Source: Squalus acanthias
Taxonomy: Eukaryota
DNA length: 64,000 bases
Direction: 5' to 3'
Assembly: GCA_030390025.1 (NCBI GenBank)
Contig: JASTWF010000235.1
Span: 310,001-374,000, forward strand
Positions 53,300-64,000 of the stretch are shown here, in pieces. Below the pieces are notes generated by a model. That model did no database searches. It was not told the origin of the DNA and saw only the letters and a program-made list of their open reading frames with translations. Numbering within the stretch: position 1 is the first letter of the stretch; the number at the start of each line of letters is the position of its first letter. The position numbers and the translations under genes are program-made.

Positions 53300-53742
53300 A
53301 GTGTCAGCTGAGGCTCAGTTTGTAGCACTCTCGCCTCTGAGTCAGGAGGTTGTGGGTTCAATAAATCCAGACTGACACTCCAGTGCAGTGCTGAGGGAGC
53401 GCTGCACTGTCGGAGGTGCCGTCTTTTGGATGAGACGTTAAACCGAGGCCCCGTCTGCTCTCTCAGATAGATGTTAATAGATCCCATGGCACTATTTCGA
53501 GGGAAGATCAGGGGAGTTACCCCCGGTGTCTTGCCAATATTTATCCCTCCATCAACATTACAAAAACAGATTATCTGGTCATTATCACATTGCTGTTTGT
53601 GGGAGCTTGCTGTGCGCAAATTGGCTGCTGCGTTTCCTACATTACATCAGTGCCTACACTCCAAAAGTACGTAATTGACTGTAAAGCGCTTTGGTACGTC
53701 CGATGTTCTTGAATGGCGCTATATAAATGCAAGTCTATTTTT
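53300..53742 (+). mobile_element. Near full-length tRNA-headed Deu-domain SINE (SacSINE1-like) in the J-C intron
   Basis: tRNA-like head GGCTCAGTT...GCCTCTGAGTCAG...GGGTTCAA, Deu core GGATGAGACGTTAAACCGAGGCCCC, and tail GCGCTATATAAATGCAAGT. Confidence 0.85.
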
Positions 53743-54150
53743 TAATGTGTATGTATAGAAATAAAGTAAGCAGTATATTCGTTATTTAATGCTTCGAGGA
53801 GAACAGTGAAGTCTCTGACTCACTGTTTATACTTTTTACTGTCCGTTTACTTATTTCAGTTGAAGAAGCAATCAGTTTATTTACAGCCTGAGTCTGGGTC
53901 TGATAGACTGTAAATTCAGTCAGCGTTTCGGGGAGAGGAGAATCCCGAAGCTGATGGGCAGAGTCAGGGTTTGTTGTTGCCATCCCATGATCTGGCTATT
54001 GCGTGCCTGAAGAGTGGACAGGTTAACGTTCGGTGCAAATGATCGGAGGGGGGTCCACATACATGGGTAGCAATCGGACACTGAATCCGGTAAAATATAT
54101 ACCGTCAAAATCCTAAAATGTGACACAACGTTAAACTCGATCTGCACCAT

Positions 54151-54516
54151 CCCACCAAATAGTCCCAGGTCAGGTGAAGCTGCTCCTCACTCTCCATCCA
54201 CAGGAGAAGATACACCGCGAATATCCCACCAAATAGTTCTCGGTCAGGTGAAGCTGCTCCACTCTCTCTCTGTAGGAGAAGATACACCGCGAATATCCCA
54301 CCAATTAGTTCTCGGTCAGGTGAAGCTGCTCCACACTCTCTCTCCACAGGAGAAGTTACAACGCGAATATTACACCAAGTAGTTCTCGGTCAGGTGAAGC
54401 TGCTCCACACTCTCTCTGTAGGAGTAGATACACCGCGATTATTACACCAAATAGTTCCAGGTCAGGTGAAGCTGCTCCACAGTCACTCCACAGGAGAAGG
54501 TACACCGCGATTATTA
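54151..54516. repeat. Minisatellite, 5 copies of alternating 74/72 bp, each with a CAGGTG E-box
   Basis: CAGGTGAAGCTGCTCC at 54171, 54245, 54317, 54391 and 54463. Confidence 0.93.
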
Positions 54517-56009
54517 CAGAACGACAGATCAGCTGATCAGAGTGGCCCCTGACCTGAGAACGTGTCTGGTGCAAAACCCCCAATCTGTGCAGTCAGTAAC
54601 AAGAGAAGAACAGTGTCTTGGAAGGGGGCGGTGGGATGCAGATTGGACTAGAAACATTGGTGAGGTTCAGGGTTTCCTCGCAGAGACAGATCACGTCACT
54701 GGTCGAAAGGAAACACGTTCTAAGAAGGCGAGGAAGTGCGCGGTGAGAAAGGCCGATTGGTTCCGTTAACGGCTCCATGGGGATTGTTCCACCATGGAAT
54801 TCCCTCCCCAAACAACTGGACTCCCAATTTTAAACAATGATAAAACAGGCACCTTTCTCGTGTGATATTACAGGGCGAACCGCTTTACTCTATCCGCTGC
54901 ATCAGCCCAGACCTTAACTGGTCTATTTAAAATGGGTTCACCCCTCGAGTAGAACAGTGAACTGAGGAGAGTCAAGCGCTAAGCCTGGCTCCCTGAGATG
55001 GGCAAAGGTGATTTTCGAGTTAATTTCCTTCCTTACCTCCTCTGACTGAAAACAACGAGTGAAGCAATGGTATTAATGTCTCTGTCAAAGGTTTTCACAT
55101 TCCCACTATCATTGTGTAATAATTTTATATAATCTTCCAATTTGCCCAAGGATTGGGAATTTAGTGCCTGTATTTATTGTCGCGTCCAGCTTAATGACGA
55201 GTGTACTTCCAGCTCGCTATTTCATTACTTCCTCTGTCATTGTTTTAAAGACCTGTGTCATTTTCTTCACTCAGCCTCTTGTAAAACTTCATCAGTTGTA
55301 ATTTGAGATTCATCCATTTTTTTCGCTGCCATTATTTCCCAGGCTCTTGTACGGACCCAGCCCAATCCTGCCTATGTTCAGTCCTTGCATATTTGAAGTG
55401 TATCTGTTTGTTTGTACATTTCACTGTAACACATTCAGGACTAGAAACCCCTCTAGCCCACAGCACATATTGCGAATTCCGTCCGATGCTTCGGAACAAT
55501 TCCCCATCTCTTCATTTAGTGGTTGGCAGATTGTGAGACGCACATTCCAGAATGCTGGAGCGTGACGTTATTAAACTAGTCCCAGCCTCGTGACCTCCCA
55601 CTGAAACCACTGTGCTCTGTATCTCGCTGTGCTTCTTTCAAACGAACGGGAGGCGGCGCACTCCCAGCACCTGGTTTTCAGTCCATTGAAATTTATAGGG
55701 CTGGGGTTGTACAATTTCCAGATATGTGTTCCTCATCTGTGCTGGAAATGCAGAATGGTAAATCTTGCCCTATACTTAATTTCTTCATCACCTGTAACAG
55801 CCTTAAGCAGATTCCATCTTTTCCCGTTGAGCTTTGAGCAAAGTTTCACAATTTATTTTCACTGACTTTCCCGATAGCTTCAGAATTTGTTTTCTGTACA
55901 ATGTATTTAGACCCGCATTGTTGTTCCTTGGCCTCACAATTGAGAGAAATCTCGAATACAACAATAATTATTCAGCAACGTTCAAGTTACAAACCAGTTC
56001 CTCAAGTCA

Positions 56010-56500
56010 GCAAGAACGACTTGTATTTATACCGCACGCCTTTAACTTAACCTGGGGCGGGGGGTTCAGGGCTGAAGAAGTAGGAAGGAGAGAGGTGAAG
56101 ATAAGGACACGAATTTTAAACTTAAGGCATTAGGAAGCGATAAAGATCAGCGCGGCCGGGCCTGGTGGTCCTTTGGAACTTGGTGTAGATGGGATCGTGG
56201 TAGCAGAGATTTGGATAAACTGATGTTTCTGCATGGCGGGAGATGTAAAGACGAGCATTGCAGGAACCAAAGGTGAGGAAGGCATGTCTGAGGGTTTCAG
56301 TTGCAGGGGGGTTGAAGTAGGATTGCAGGCGGGTGATGTTACGGAGGCTGATGTAGACAATCATTGCGATGGAAGTATATGGAGTGAAAGAATATGAGGC
56401 TCCGGTATGAAGCGCATGCAGAGGCTGCGAAGTGTTTGCTTGTGCCTGAGACTGTTGCCAGGAGGCGGGTAGAATTAGTGGTCCGGGAACAGAGTTTGCG
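56010..56500 (-). mobile_element. Degraded L2-like LINE fragment
   Basis: Tail ACTTGTATTTATA...; minus ORF ...LRNITRLQSYFNPPATETLRHAF resembles the L2 C-terminal region. Confidence 0.55.
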
Positions 56501-57059
56501 ACAGGGATAAATATTAAAGGTAAAGCTAGCATATACTATATGCTTTGATAGCCTGTCAGATATATAGTGAGAAGAAACAATCACTGATTACCACAATAAA
56601 TATATTTGTATTTGCAGCCTTGTCTTCAAATTGTCCCTGGTGTATTCACTGAGCCCTTCGGATGTGGCATTAGATTAATAATTTGCAATTTTCTAAAGCT
56701 TTGCTCATTTGCCAGAAGAGTTCTCCATGCGATTTCTTACTTAGCGCTGATGGGTTACAATAATTTGCAATTCATAAAGTGCTTTGTTTATCACAGTCAC
56801 CTCTCTCCCTATTGGTTTATTCTTAACCCTCCTACTGTAATATGCACACCTTGCATCATTGTCATGTCATTCTATGTGAATTAAACCACTTCTCCAATAG
56901 GATCACTGCCTGCAAGCTTGCGATGGCCGAATGTTACATGTGAGGACGACAAAATCTAACCTTTAGTATTGCACAAAGAGATTCCTGAAATGTTGAGGTT
57001 ATTGGGAAGTTGTGGGAGGTTATGGAGCATATTATTGTGAAGTCCCTTGGATAAGTATA

Positions 57060-58858
57060 AAAACTAAGTGTAGAGTTAACAAGTGGCACGTGAGAAATCT
57101 AAAGACAAGATTAGATTAAAGATGAAGAGCGGAATCTTCTTCAGGGGGATGAATGAATGAAGGAGATGCTAACCAACGACGTTGTCTGGGCTTTTACAAA
57201 AACATGCGTTAGTGGGAGTTGAAAGGTACAAGGGGAGAATGCGGAGCAGCTCAATATGATAACTATAGATTCGGAAGGAGTGCTGAAAAAATGATGAAGT
57301 CAAAAGATGGCCTGTATCCTAGAATGTTGAGAACAGACATGTAGCAAATAGTAGATGCGCTGACCACAAACTTTCAAACATCCTGGGATATGAAACCTGT
57401 GCCAGAGGACTAATATATTATCTGTGTTGAAGAAGGGAGAGAAGTATAACTGGTGGGCAGTCGCCAATCGCCGGTAGTGGGTCATTTTCTACAGTCAGAA
57501 ATTAACATTCACTAACAGAGACATGGTTTACTTAAAGACACCTCGCACGGGCCTGTAAAAGGCAAGTTCTCCCTGACAGATATATAGAGTTCTTCGAAGA
57601 ACTCTGCACATTTCATGTTCAGTTCTGCGCACCACAACTCAGGAAGGATATATTCGCCTTGGAGGGGGAGCAGTGCAGATTCACCAGAATTATACCAGGG
57701 CTAAAAATTTTAAATTATGTGGACAGGCCGCACAGACTAGGCTTGTATTCCCTTGAATATAGAAGAATAAGTGGTGATTTAACTGAGGTGTTTAAGATGA
57801 TTAAAGGGTTTGATAGTGTGGATAGAGAGAAATTATGTCCTGGGAGAGTCAAGAACAAGGGGACATAACCTTAAAATTAGAGCTCGACCTTTCAAGGATG
57901 AATTCCGGAAGCACTTCTTCACAAATCTGTAGCGGAAATCTGGAATTCTTTCCTCCAAAAGGCTGTTGAGCTTGTGTCAATTGAAAAGTGCAAAAATAAG
58001 ATTGATAGATTTTTGTCATGTATGGGTGTTAAGGGTTACAGAACTAAGGCGCGTAGATGGATTTAAGATACAGTTTGTCCTTGATTATATTGAATGGCGG
58101 AATAGGCTCGCGGGGCTGAATGTCCTATTCATGTTCCTAAGAAATATCGGAGCGTATAAATAAAACAAATGCAGTGGATGTTGTGTATATGGATTTTCTA
58201 TAGGCGGTTGATACAATGCCACATAACGGGTTTGTTGATAAAGTAAAGGTGCGTATTATTGAAGAGAGGATAGAACCATGGGGAAGAGCTTCACTAAAGG
58301 ACATAAAGCAGGGGGCAGTGGTTAATAATGTAAAATCGGAATGGAGGAATGGAAGCTCGAGTGTTCCTAAAAGGTCAGTATTCGAACTATATGTAATAGG
58401 ATTCGAGTATAGGAGGCTCAATGTCATAATTTGTAAAGGAATTCAGCAGTTCCCAGACAGTTTAGTAGACTGGACAGGTAGATGTCAGATGACATGCAAT
58501 ATGGAGATTATAAAGTGATATATTTTGAGAGGAAGAATGAGATAAAATATTCATTAAATTGTAACGCTTTAAAAGAAGAAGAAGAATAGAGAGACACAGG
58601 TGTTCAAATCGACAGATCTTTAAAAGTGGAAGGCTGTTAAATCAACGTACGGATTCTAGGCTTTCTCAGCAGGGGTAGTGAATGCTAAAGAGAAAGGAAA
58701 GAGAACCCTATTTAAAAATCATTGTTTAGGCCTAAGTTTAAGATTGTGTCCCGTTTTGGTGCCTTACTTTAGGAAGGATGTCAAGGCAATGGAGAGGGTG
58801 CAGAATGGATTCACCGAGTTAATGCCTCAGATGAGAAGCTTTAGTTATGAGGAGAACA
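57060..58858 (+). mobile_element. Cluster of degraded CR1 fragments
   Basis: EGEQCRFTRIIPGL...GLYSLEYRRISGDL; GGATGTTGTGTATATGGATTTTC; YFRKDVKAMERVQNGFT. Confidence 0.75.
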
Positions 58859-59560
58859 TAACAACAGCAGCAACTTGCATTTATATAGCGCCTTTAACGT
58901 AGTAAAACGTCCCAAGGCGCTTCACAAGAGGCTTGCTGAACAAAATTTGACACCGAAACACATAAGGGGATATTAGGACAGGTGACAAAAAGCTTGGAAA
59001 AGAGGTAGGTTTTCAGGAGCGTCTTAAATGAGGATAGAGAGAAGAGCGGCGTAGAGGTTTATTGAGAGAATTCCAGAGCTTAGGACCTAGGCAGGGCCGC
59101 CAATGGTGAAGAAATGGAAATCGGGAATGAACAAGAGGCCAGAATTGGAGGAGCGCAGAGAGCTCGGGGGGTTTTAGGGCTGGAAGATCTGACAGAGATA
59201 TCACAAGGATAAGATGCCAATGTAGGTCAGCGAGTACGTGCTGCGAGTTAAGTTAGGGACAGCAAAGATTTGGATCAGCTCAAGATTACGAAGGGTGACT
59301 GGCGGGAGGCCAGACAGGAGCGCATTGGAATATTCAAATCTAGAGGTGACAAAGGCATGGATGAGGTTTCAGCAGCAGATAGACTGAAGCAGGGGCAGAA
59401 TCGAGCAACGTAACGGATGACGAAATAGGAGCACTAATGACGGCGAGGATATGGAGTCGAAAGCTCAGCTCAGATTGAAGTTGGACGTGGAGGGTGTGAA
59501 CAGTCTGGTTCAGCCTGAGACAATGGCCATGGAGGAGAACGGAGTCGGTGGTTAAGGAAC
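58859..59560 (-). mobile_element. L2-like LINE 3' fragment
   Basis: Tail ACAACAGCAGCAACTTGCATTTATATAGCGCCTTT; minus ORF GPKLWNSL. Confidence 0.7.
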
Positions 59561-60824
59561 AAAGCGAAACTTGGGCACTTTTCATGAGAACAAACTGTAA
59601 GGGGCAGTAAAATTATGAAGCCTTTTGATAAGCTAAATGGAAATAAACAACTTGCATTGGGCGGTAACTAAAGGGTATAATTTCAAAATCATCAGCCAAA
59701 GAACGAAGAGAGATTTAAGGAGAGTTATTTTATTTCGTAGAGGGTTGCTAGGACACGGGACGTCCTACCAGAAACAGCAGTGTTAGCACAGTCAGCACAT
59801 TCATTTAAAAAGGAGGTAGACAAATATATGAAAATCGAAGTATGGGGAAAGGACAGGGAAATAGGAATTAAGGATAACATTTCTGCTGCACCGCTCCTTG
59901 ACGGGAGCTGCGCAATTCCAGCCCTGATTCTCCATTCACCATAGTGAATAGATATAAAATACAGGCCGGAAATGGGCAATTGCAGCATATGCGCTCCCGG
60001 CGTCCGCCACCAGGGGCGCAGCGAGTTTCGACTCCAAAGCGGATTGGTCTTGTCTTGCACAGAGCCGGCAGTGGCGCCCTGGGCTGAATGAATGCTTCTG
60101 TGCTATAAATGCTAGGATTCAATCGGCCCCTGAACTAACATTACCAAAACCTCACTGCTGTCTCTGATCTCTGAGTTACGAAATCAAACTGCTACATAAG
60201 CAGGCAAATTAAAATAGGTTATTGTTAACAATAATTGATATACATTTAATATCTGACCATCAGAGCACGCCACATCGAGAGTGCGGATGCTTTCGGCAAG
60301 GTGCATTGATCATCCTTCACTCCGAAATGAACAAGTCATCAGAACATTATTTGAATGTTCATTCATTACAAGAACCTTTTTATCCCAACACGCCCACTGT
60401 AATATCGCCACATTTCCTCCCAGCTTCAATACACTACAGCAACACAGCAATAGCAAATTGTAGTGTGTTAAACACAGAGTCACTGGGAAAGTGGCAACGC
60501 CAATTGGCAACATCCCTTGTCAGGCTGTGGCCTTGGACTTTGTCCTTTCCCGTAATAAAACAATGCAACACGTAAAACAATAATATTGTTGAATGTGAAT
60601 GGAACGGTAACATTTCAGAGGCGGTTAATTTTAATAATAGTCACTTATATGTCACCCATGTGTGTTAAACATTGCCGAGCCCGTGGCTGCGAGCCAATCA
60701 CATTATCTTAATCAATAGCTGGACCCTAGTTTCCAAGATATTTCAGGTGGTGTCAAATTTCACAGCGATGTTAAGGGAAGTAAAACAAACGACAATTACC
60801 CACAGACAATAGGTTCATTACATA

Positions 60825-61040
60825 AAAGAAGACTTGAATTTCTATCGCACCTTTTCGACGTCAGGACGTCCGAAATCGCCTTACAGAAAATGACGTACTT
60901 TATGAAGTCTAGTGACTGCTGTAATGTAGGAAACGTGGCAGTCAATTTGTGCACAGCAAGCTCCCTGAAACAGCAATGTGATAATGACCAGATCATCTGC
61001 TTTATACGTTGGTTGAGGAATAAATATTGGCCAGCACATG
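60825..61040 (-). mobile_element. Deu-domain SINE 3' part, ending ~55 bp before the C1 acceptor
   Basis: AAACAGCAATGTGATAATGACCAGAT...TAAATATTGGCCAG is the reverse complement of the 53300 SINE body. Confidence 0.8.
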
Positions 61041-61096
61041 GTAGAAAAGATCTGATCGTCATTATAGAGAGAGTAAAACCTTCTTTGTAATTTTAG

Positions 61097-61417
61097 CACC
61101 ACAACGTACTCCACCAATCATCAGTCTCCTCTACTCTGCAACTGACGAACTGAGAGAAAAGGGTTTTGTGCAACTGGTTTGCCTCATCAGCGAATACCAG
61201 CCAGAAAGCATTGGAGTGAGCTGGGAGAAGAACGGAAACGCCATACAGTCTGGCTTTACCACCTCATCCGCAGCTAAAAAATCGAACGGAGACTTTAGCT
61301 CCACGAGCCTCCTTCAAGTCCCCCTGCAGGAATGGGCCAGCGGTTCAGTGTACAGCTGCCAAGTGTCCCACTCTCCAACCAGCAGTAACCAGCGGAAAGA
61401 AATTAGATCAACATCAG
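61097..61417 (+). CDS. IgNAR: IgNAR constant exon C1 (intact, 321 nt)
   Basis: TTTTAG| ... PQRTPPIISLLYSATDELREKGFVQLVCLISEYQPESIGVSWEKN...WASGSVYSCQVSHSPTSSNQRKEIRSTS ... |GTGAG; phase 1/1. Confidence 0.96.
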
Positions 61418-61950
61418 GTGAGCAAATGTAACCAATTCACAAGCATGCACAGGTGAAACATTCTCACTTTCTTTATCAGTATTGGATTAATTGGGATGTT
61501 ATTGTGGTAATTTACCGATGAGGATTAATCATCCCTGAACTGGTCCTGAGTGAGATCTGACCAGTTTAAGGAGCAGTGAAATGCTGCTGCAAAGATATTT
61601 GGATTTGTTTCAGCGGCAATAGCCGAGGTCCCTGAAGGCGCTCGGTGCCTGGCGGATGTTGCAAAAAAGCAGTTATAAGAAGTCTTGAAACATACAAGAA
61701 TATTGTGCTGCGGTCACCGAACACATCGAGCATAACCTTTTATGATATTACAAACAACGTATAATGGATTGTGATATTGAATTCATTTACCAAATCAATC
61801 CAGGCGAAACAGAACAGAAAGACAGAGCGTAGGGTAGAGTTTACACAAAGAGGATCACACTGTAACAGTGCGGCTCTATTACTGTTTACACTTGTGAGAA
61901 TTTATCGTATTTTCTGCTGGATATCGGCACAAAAATGAAACGGGTGGGAG

Positions 61951-63170
61951 NNNNNNNNNNNNNNNNNNNNNNNNNNNNNNNNNNNNNNNNNNNNNNNNNN
62001 NNNNNNNNNNNNNNNNNNNNNNNNNNNNNNNNNNNNNNNNNNNNNNNNNNNNNNNNNNNNNNNNNNNNNNNNNNNNNNNNNNNNNNNNNNNNNNNNNNNN
62101 NNNNNNNNNNNNNNNNNNNNNNNNNNNNNNNNNNNNNNNNNNNNNNNNNNNNNNNNNNNNNNNNNNNNNNNNNNNNNNNNNNAGAGATAGAATGAGAGAG
62201 AGACAGTGAGAGAGAGAGAGAGAGAAACAGAGAGACACACAGAGAGAAGGAGAGAGTTACACTGGGAGATAAATCTGTCACTAGATTAAACCGACAGATA
62301 CGATCACAAAACCAGGCAACAATAAGCTGTATTTTATTTTAAAGATATTCTTTAAAAAGGCCTGGGTAAGGGTCGGGATCTTTCGACTTTCAGGGAGCTC
62401 CCAGACAAGATGAACCGAATGGCCTTCTACCCTGTAAAATTCATTCATTCTCTCTGTATGCCTCTCTCTCTATATATCTGTCTTTGTCTCTCTGTCCCCC
62501 TCTATCACACTTTCTATCTCTCACGGTCTGCCTCGGACTCACTGTCTCTGTCTCTNNNNNNNNNNNNNNNNNNNNNNNNNNNNNNNNNNNNNNNNNNNNN
62601 NNNNNNNNNNNNNNNNNNNNNNNNNNNNNNNNNNNNNNNNNNNNNNNNNNNNNNNNNNNNNNNNNNNNNNNNNNNNNNNNNNNNNNNNNNNNNNNNNNNN
62701 NNNNNNNNNNNNNNNNNNNNNCCTCTCTCTTTCTGCCGGCCTGTCTCTCTCGCTCTCTATGCCTCTCACTCTGTCTCTGCCTCTCTCTCTCTCTGCCTGC
62801 CAGTCTCTCTCNNNNNNNNNNNNNNNNNNNNNNNNNNNNNNNNNNNNNNNNNNNNNNNNNNNNNNNNNNNNNNNNNNNNNNNNNNNNNNNNNNNNNNNNN
62901 NNNNNNNNNNNNNNNNNNNNNNNNNNNNNNNNNNNNNNNNNNNNNNNNNNNNNCTCTGTCTCTGCCACTCTCTCTCTGCCTGACTGTCTTTCTCACTCTC
63001 TCTTTCCCTGTCTCTGCCTCTCTCTCTCTCTCTCTCTCTGCCTCTCTCTCTCTCTGCTTGTCTGTCTCTCTGTCTGTCTCTGTATCTCTCTATGTCTCTG
63101 TCTCTGTGTCTTTTTTCTCTCTGTCTCTGTATCTCTCTCCCTCTCTTTATGTCTCTCTGTCGCTCTCTCA
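61951..63170. repeat. (AG)n / (CT)n low-complexity tracts with three N runs (61951-62182, 62556-62721, 62812-62953)
   Basis: Seen directly. Confidence 0.95.
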
Positions 63171-63380
63171 GTTTAGATGAGTTTTACAAAGTTAGGATGC
63201 GACTCAACATAGGTGGAAAAAACAAAATAATGTTTTAAATTCAATGATAATCAGTGAGAGACATGATCACATCTTGCCATGCTCTCGATTATCACTGAAA
63301 TTAAAATCCATGTTAAAGGTCCGAACTCGTCAACACTGAAACGTTGCCCCGATTCTGAACCTCTGGTTTCTCACTGACAG

Positions 63381-63682
63381 AGCTCGCAGTTTTCCTCAGA
63401 GATCCTTCCGTGGAAGAAATTTGGATCAATAAAACGGCCACCCTGGTGTGTGAAGTGGTCTCTACAGTTCCCACGGAGGTTGTGATCTCTTGGACAGTGG
63501 ATGGAAAGATGAGGACTGAAGAGTTCTGACCGAACCAGCTACAAAGTATGGAGACCAGTACCTGACCATCGGCCGCTTGACCAGCAGCGTGGAAGAGTGG
63601 GAGAGCGGGGTTGAATACTCGTGTTCGGCACAGGAGGGTCAATCTTCGACTGCGGTATCACAACGAACAGGAAAGGCAAAAG
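63381..63682 (+). pseudogene. IgNAR: IgNAR constant exon C2 with a 1-nt deletion frameshift (~63521) and premature TGA at 63527-63529
   Basis: ELAVFLRDPSVEEIWINKTATLVCEVVSTVPTEVVISWTVDGKMRTE then, in a shifted frame, VLTEPATKYGDQYLTIGRLTSSVEEWESGVEYSCSAQEGQSSTAVSQRTGKAK. Exon is 302 nt between canonical AG/GT. Confidence 0.9.
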
Positions 63683-63757
63683 GTGGGTAAAAATCTACAG
63701 CCTTGTTTCCGAGTGGCAGTGGATGGGAGACTAACACTGGGTGAACTTCTGTTACAG

Positions 63758-64000
63758 TCGAGCCAGTGAAGCCAAAGCTCCGCCTCCTGCCTCCATCGCC
63801 AGAGGAGATTCAAAGTACGAGCGCCGCTACTCTCACCTGTTTGATAAGAGGATTCTACCCGGACAACATCATCGTTTCCTGGGAGAAGGACGGAGCTGCT
63901 TTGAGCGCGAACGTCACCAGTTCCCCCACTGCTCTTGAACAGGACCAGACCTTCAGCACAAGGAGCCTCCTCACTTTACCTTCAGCGGAATGGAAGAGAG
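63758..64000 (+). CDS. IgNAR: IgNAR constant exon C3 (5' part; runs off the window)
   Basis: Branch point CTAAC 63731-63735 and acceptor TTACAG|. Reads VEPVKPKLRLLPPSPEEIQSTSAATLTCLIRGFYPDNIIVSWEKDG...SLLTLPSAEWKR, open to the edge. Confidence 0.95.

Noticed and set aside
53300-53362. tRNA gene (also 40570-40638)
   Set aside because: These are tRNA-derived SINE heads continuous with SINE bodies and lack a full cloverleaf.
61879-63180. Long ORFs through N runs, or a hidden C exon in the gaps
   Set aside because: Artefacts of Ns and microsatellite. Each N run (232, 166, 142 nt) is shorter than a ~300-nt C exon if sizes are real, and C1 to C2 order is already complete.

Overview
Eukaryotic, cartilaginous-fish (shark) genomic DNA. 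The V framework is of the spiny-dogfish (Squalus-like) type, from recollection. The first 30 kb are two different tandem satellites: a 67-bp monomer (1-20020, with 2019-bp and 3026-bp higher-order duplications) and a 37-bp monomer (20180-30115). Three CR1 LINEs interrupt them, one with a nearly intact ORF2. The 30-50.6 kb stretch is a TE graveyard of CR1/L2 fragments, Deu-domain SINEs, a V-SINE with TSD, MITE-like elements and minisatellites. From 51.0 kb to the end lies the 5' part of an IgNAR heavy-chain-only antibody cluster on the + strand: octamer/TATA promoter, leader, V, one D, J, an 8.6-kb J-C intron, C1, C2 and the start of C3. Two features stand out. (1) The V exon runs 29 nt past the usual C-K-A end and is followed by a 22-bp-spacer RSS, and only one free D (12/12) precedes J, which indicates a partially germline-joined V-D(-D) cluster with a hard-wired CDR3 stem. 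(2) C2 carries a 1-nt frameshift while the leader, V, D, J, C1 and the visible part of C3 are intact. Repeat coordinates are approximate and no database search was run.
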